From NCBI RefSeq assembly GCF_036321535.1, contig NC_087444.1, positions 71,796,001 to 71,860,000 on the forward strand: a stretch of DNA of 64,000 nt, read 5' to 3'. Position 1 is the first letter of the stretch. Each line of letters starts with the position of its first letter. The position numbers and the translations under genes were made by a program. This document shows, piece after piece, positions 61,585 through 64,000 of the stretch. Below the pieces are notes generated by a model. That model saw only the letters and a program-made list of their open reading frames with translations. It was not told the origin of the DNA and did not search any database. Source of the DNA: Camelus dromedarius (lineage: Eukaryota).

Positions 61585-62347
61585 CTGGGTATGGGAACCA
61601 GTCTTCGGGCAGCCTGGCTCCTGTAACACCCGAGACTTGGGCATAGGTTCCAGGCCTAGAATCCTCCCTTGACCTCTACTTGCCTACCCCTTAGATCTTC
61701 CTGGAATCCCCACAACTTCTGCAGGGATCCAAGCCCCCTACATCCCTAATCCCAGCCCCAGCCCTCATCTCTAGCCTTTCATCTGATCCCCTCCGATCAA
61801 CTTTCCACACTGGAACCAAAGAGTTGATCTTACAACACTAACTCAACTTGACTATGCCCTCCCCTGCTCAGAATTTCTCCAGCCCTTCAGTGCCCTCAGG
61901 AGAAGGCCCACCACACCTTGGTGTTTGGTGTCTTTCTGCTGGCCTCTTCAGCCTCCCCTCCCCTCACTCCTCACCCTCCTTTCTCCTGGAACAATTTGGC
62001 CTTACTACCCTTCTTTCACATTTAAGAGCAAACCAGCTGGTTCCCACCTCAGAGCTCTTACCCTTGAAACTCTGCTGACCAATGGGTGCTTTTCTTCCCA
62101 CGGGTGGCCCTTCTCCTTCCCCAGGGCTTCCCCTCCACAGAGAGTCCCCCGCCACGCACACTCAATGATCTGTGTTAATTTCATGGTAGGGATCATTTCT
62201 GACTGAAGTTACTTGCCTCTAGTTTGTTTTCCATCTCTGTCAAGTAAGCTCCAGAGGACTTAGCACAATACAGCACACACTATCTCCAAAGACCTTCCCT
62301 TTCCTCTCAGATTCGTTTCTCACTGACCCTCTCCTCTAAAGACTTAC

Positions 62348-62459
62348 TGTGTCCTCTGGTGGGGGCACCGTGGGTTCCAGGCTGGGCTCTTGCACAGGTG
62401 GCTCAGGCAATGGCTCGGCCTCCAGTTCCATGGGCATAAAGCCCGGGATCTCATCGTCC
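62348..62459 (-). CDS. DMPK: DMPK exon 10 (DDEIPGFMPMELEAEPL...PEDT)
   Basis: cag|G ... ACA|gtaagt; 112 nt. Confidence 0.92.
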
Positions 62460-63742
62460 CTGGGGAGAGGAAGAGGGCAAGGGGAGGAAGAGCTGGCCTC
62501 ACCCTAGAGGCTGCTGAGCCCCTGGGTTGGGAGCCAGGACTCCTGAGCCGGGGGTTGGGGGGGCAGGGCAGACTTGAAGCCCCCACATTTGAGAAGGGGG
62601 AGGGACAGAGTGAAGGGAACAAATTGCCAGGCTGGTGGGACAGGTCTGCCTCTTGTTAGGGAAAAACCTGCCCTTCACATGGCCTCGGGCCCTTGGGAGC
62701 TGGCCTCCCTGCACCTTCTTTGGGACCCTGGGGTCCAGACACCCATGTTCTAGGATCTGTTCATCTCCTCTGTCTCCATGTGGCTTTTGTAGACCTTAGG
62801 GCCCCAGGAAGCAAGGGGAACCCTGCCCAGCTCTGGCCACCTCCAAAGAGGTGGTCTTAAGACTGGATGTGGGATCCCAAGACTGTACTCCAGACAGCAG
62901 ACCTCCCCCTCAGACCCAGACCCTCCTGAGGAAAATGAAATTGCAGTGAAAGTGATGTCCTGTCCAATCCAGCAGTCCCTCTTGTAGAAATACATTTCAA
63001 GGACCCAGTGATCATGGACACACGCCAAGACCAACCTGCAGCTGTTCTTCCAGCCTGAGTCATGACAGGATGGTTCACTGAGTCCTGAACCACCCAGACA
63101 GGGGGACACTTCCCAGCAGGTCAGGACTGTGTCGTAGTTCGTTCATGGTAAGAAATGGCATTGGCAGTACACTGTCCAGTAACAAAATGGATGAGAACAG
63201 AGCATGTTCTCCCATCTGGTAAGTGAGTGTGCGTGCGGGAGCCAGGGGCTGTTGCTGATGGTGGCCTTCCTTTTTCTCATCCATATTTTCTAACAGACTT
63301 GTGATAAGCAATGTATTATTTGTATAATTAATGTTTCAAAAAGGCTTTGTGGTTATGTGAGTAATTCAATGAGTTTTTGTTCTTTTAAGATTGACTTAAA
63401 AGGTATAAACTTATTTTCTAAGATTCTGAGGTACAATGACTATATACTAGAAATCTCAAAGTGGAAAGTTGGAAAGTTCTGGAAGGCTAAGCCTGTGACT
63501 CTGAGGTTTTACAATTGAATCTAAAATTTCAAAATACTTATGGTCTGAGAATTTAAGGTCCTACAGCTGTGGGCTCCTAAAAGTCCTTAGTCTCAGGGCA
63601 ATAAGGTTCCAAGACTGATCCTGCAATTCTCCTGGACGCCAATGGGCCAGTATATAATAACCCCGAGTGGCCTCCTGGGGCTTCTGGAGGCGGGCGCCCC
63701 CAGCCCACCACACCTCTCAGGCTGCACAGGGGAAGCACTTAC

Positions 63743-63828
63743 CTGAGGGCCATGCAGGAGTAGGAGTAGCCCACGAAAGGCAGGTGGACCCCCAGCGGCA
63801 TGCTTTCCCGCATGTCCGACAGTGTCTC
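63743..63828 (-). CDS. DMPK: DMPK exon 9 (ETLSDMRESMPLGVHLPFVGYSYSCMALR, AGC hydrophobic motif); kinase exons lie beyond the window
   Basis: tag|GAG ... AG|gtaagt; 86 nt. Confidence 0.95.
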
Positions 63829-64000
63829 CTATCCAAAAGGAAGACCAGTATGAGGTGACCAGCAGCTGTCAGGGCTGGCCCCCCAGCCTTTCCTAGCCTT
63901 GGTTTAAGTGCCCCCTATCTAAAGTGGCCCCTACTAATTTTCTTTTATTACATCCTGCTGTTTCCCTCAGGGCCCTCGCCACAGGATAATTATATAATCA

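Overview
Mammalian genomic DNA orthologous to the human 19q13.32 myotonic dystrophy (DM1) locus. It is most likely from a camelid, judging by six copies of a young tRNA-derived SINE resembling the camelid Vic-1 family. Gene order: last two exons of GIPR (+), SNRPD2 (-), QPCTL (+, 7 exons), FBXO46 (-, single coding exon, 605 aa), MEIOSIN/BHMG1 (+, 13 coding exons reconstructed), SIX5 (-, 3 exons) and the 3' half of DMPK (-, exons 9-15) with a (CTG)5 in its 3' UTR. Exons were placed by hand using splice sites, phase continuity and similarity to the human proteins as I recall them (no database search was run). Three N-gaps hide coding sequence: SNRPD2 exon 3, the SIX5 start and DMPK exon 14. Main observations: (1) an in-frame TGA at 47311 inside a conserved exon of the meiosis initiator MEIOSIN, with a same-phase cryptic donor 18 nt upstream that would splice it out; (2) a GC-AG donor at DMPK exon 12; (3) a 17-aa 12-nt-repeat expansion in DMPK exon 11; (4) an ATG-initiated 198-codon antisense ORF that reads the DM1 repeat as polyGln; (5) a duplicated decoy of the MEIOSIN start-codon acceptor; (6) an internal FBXO46 promoter with a CArG box and a palindromic double metal-response element. 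No prokaryotic-type system or CRISPR array is present.
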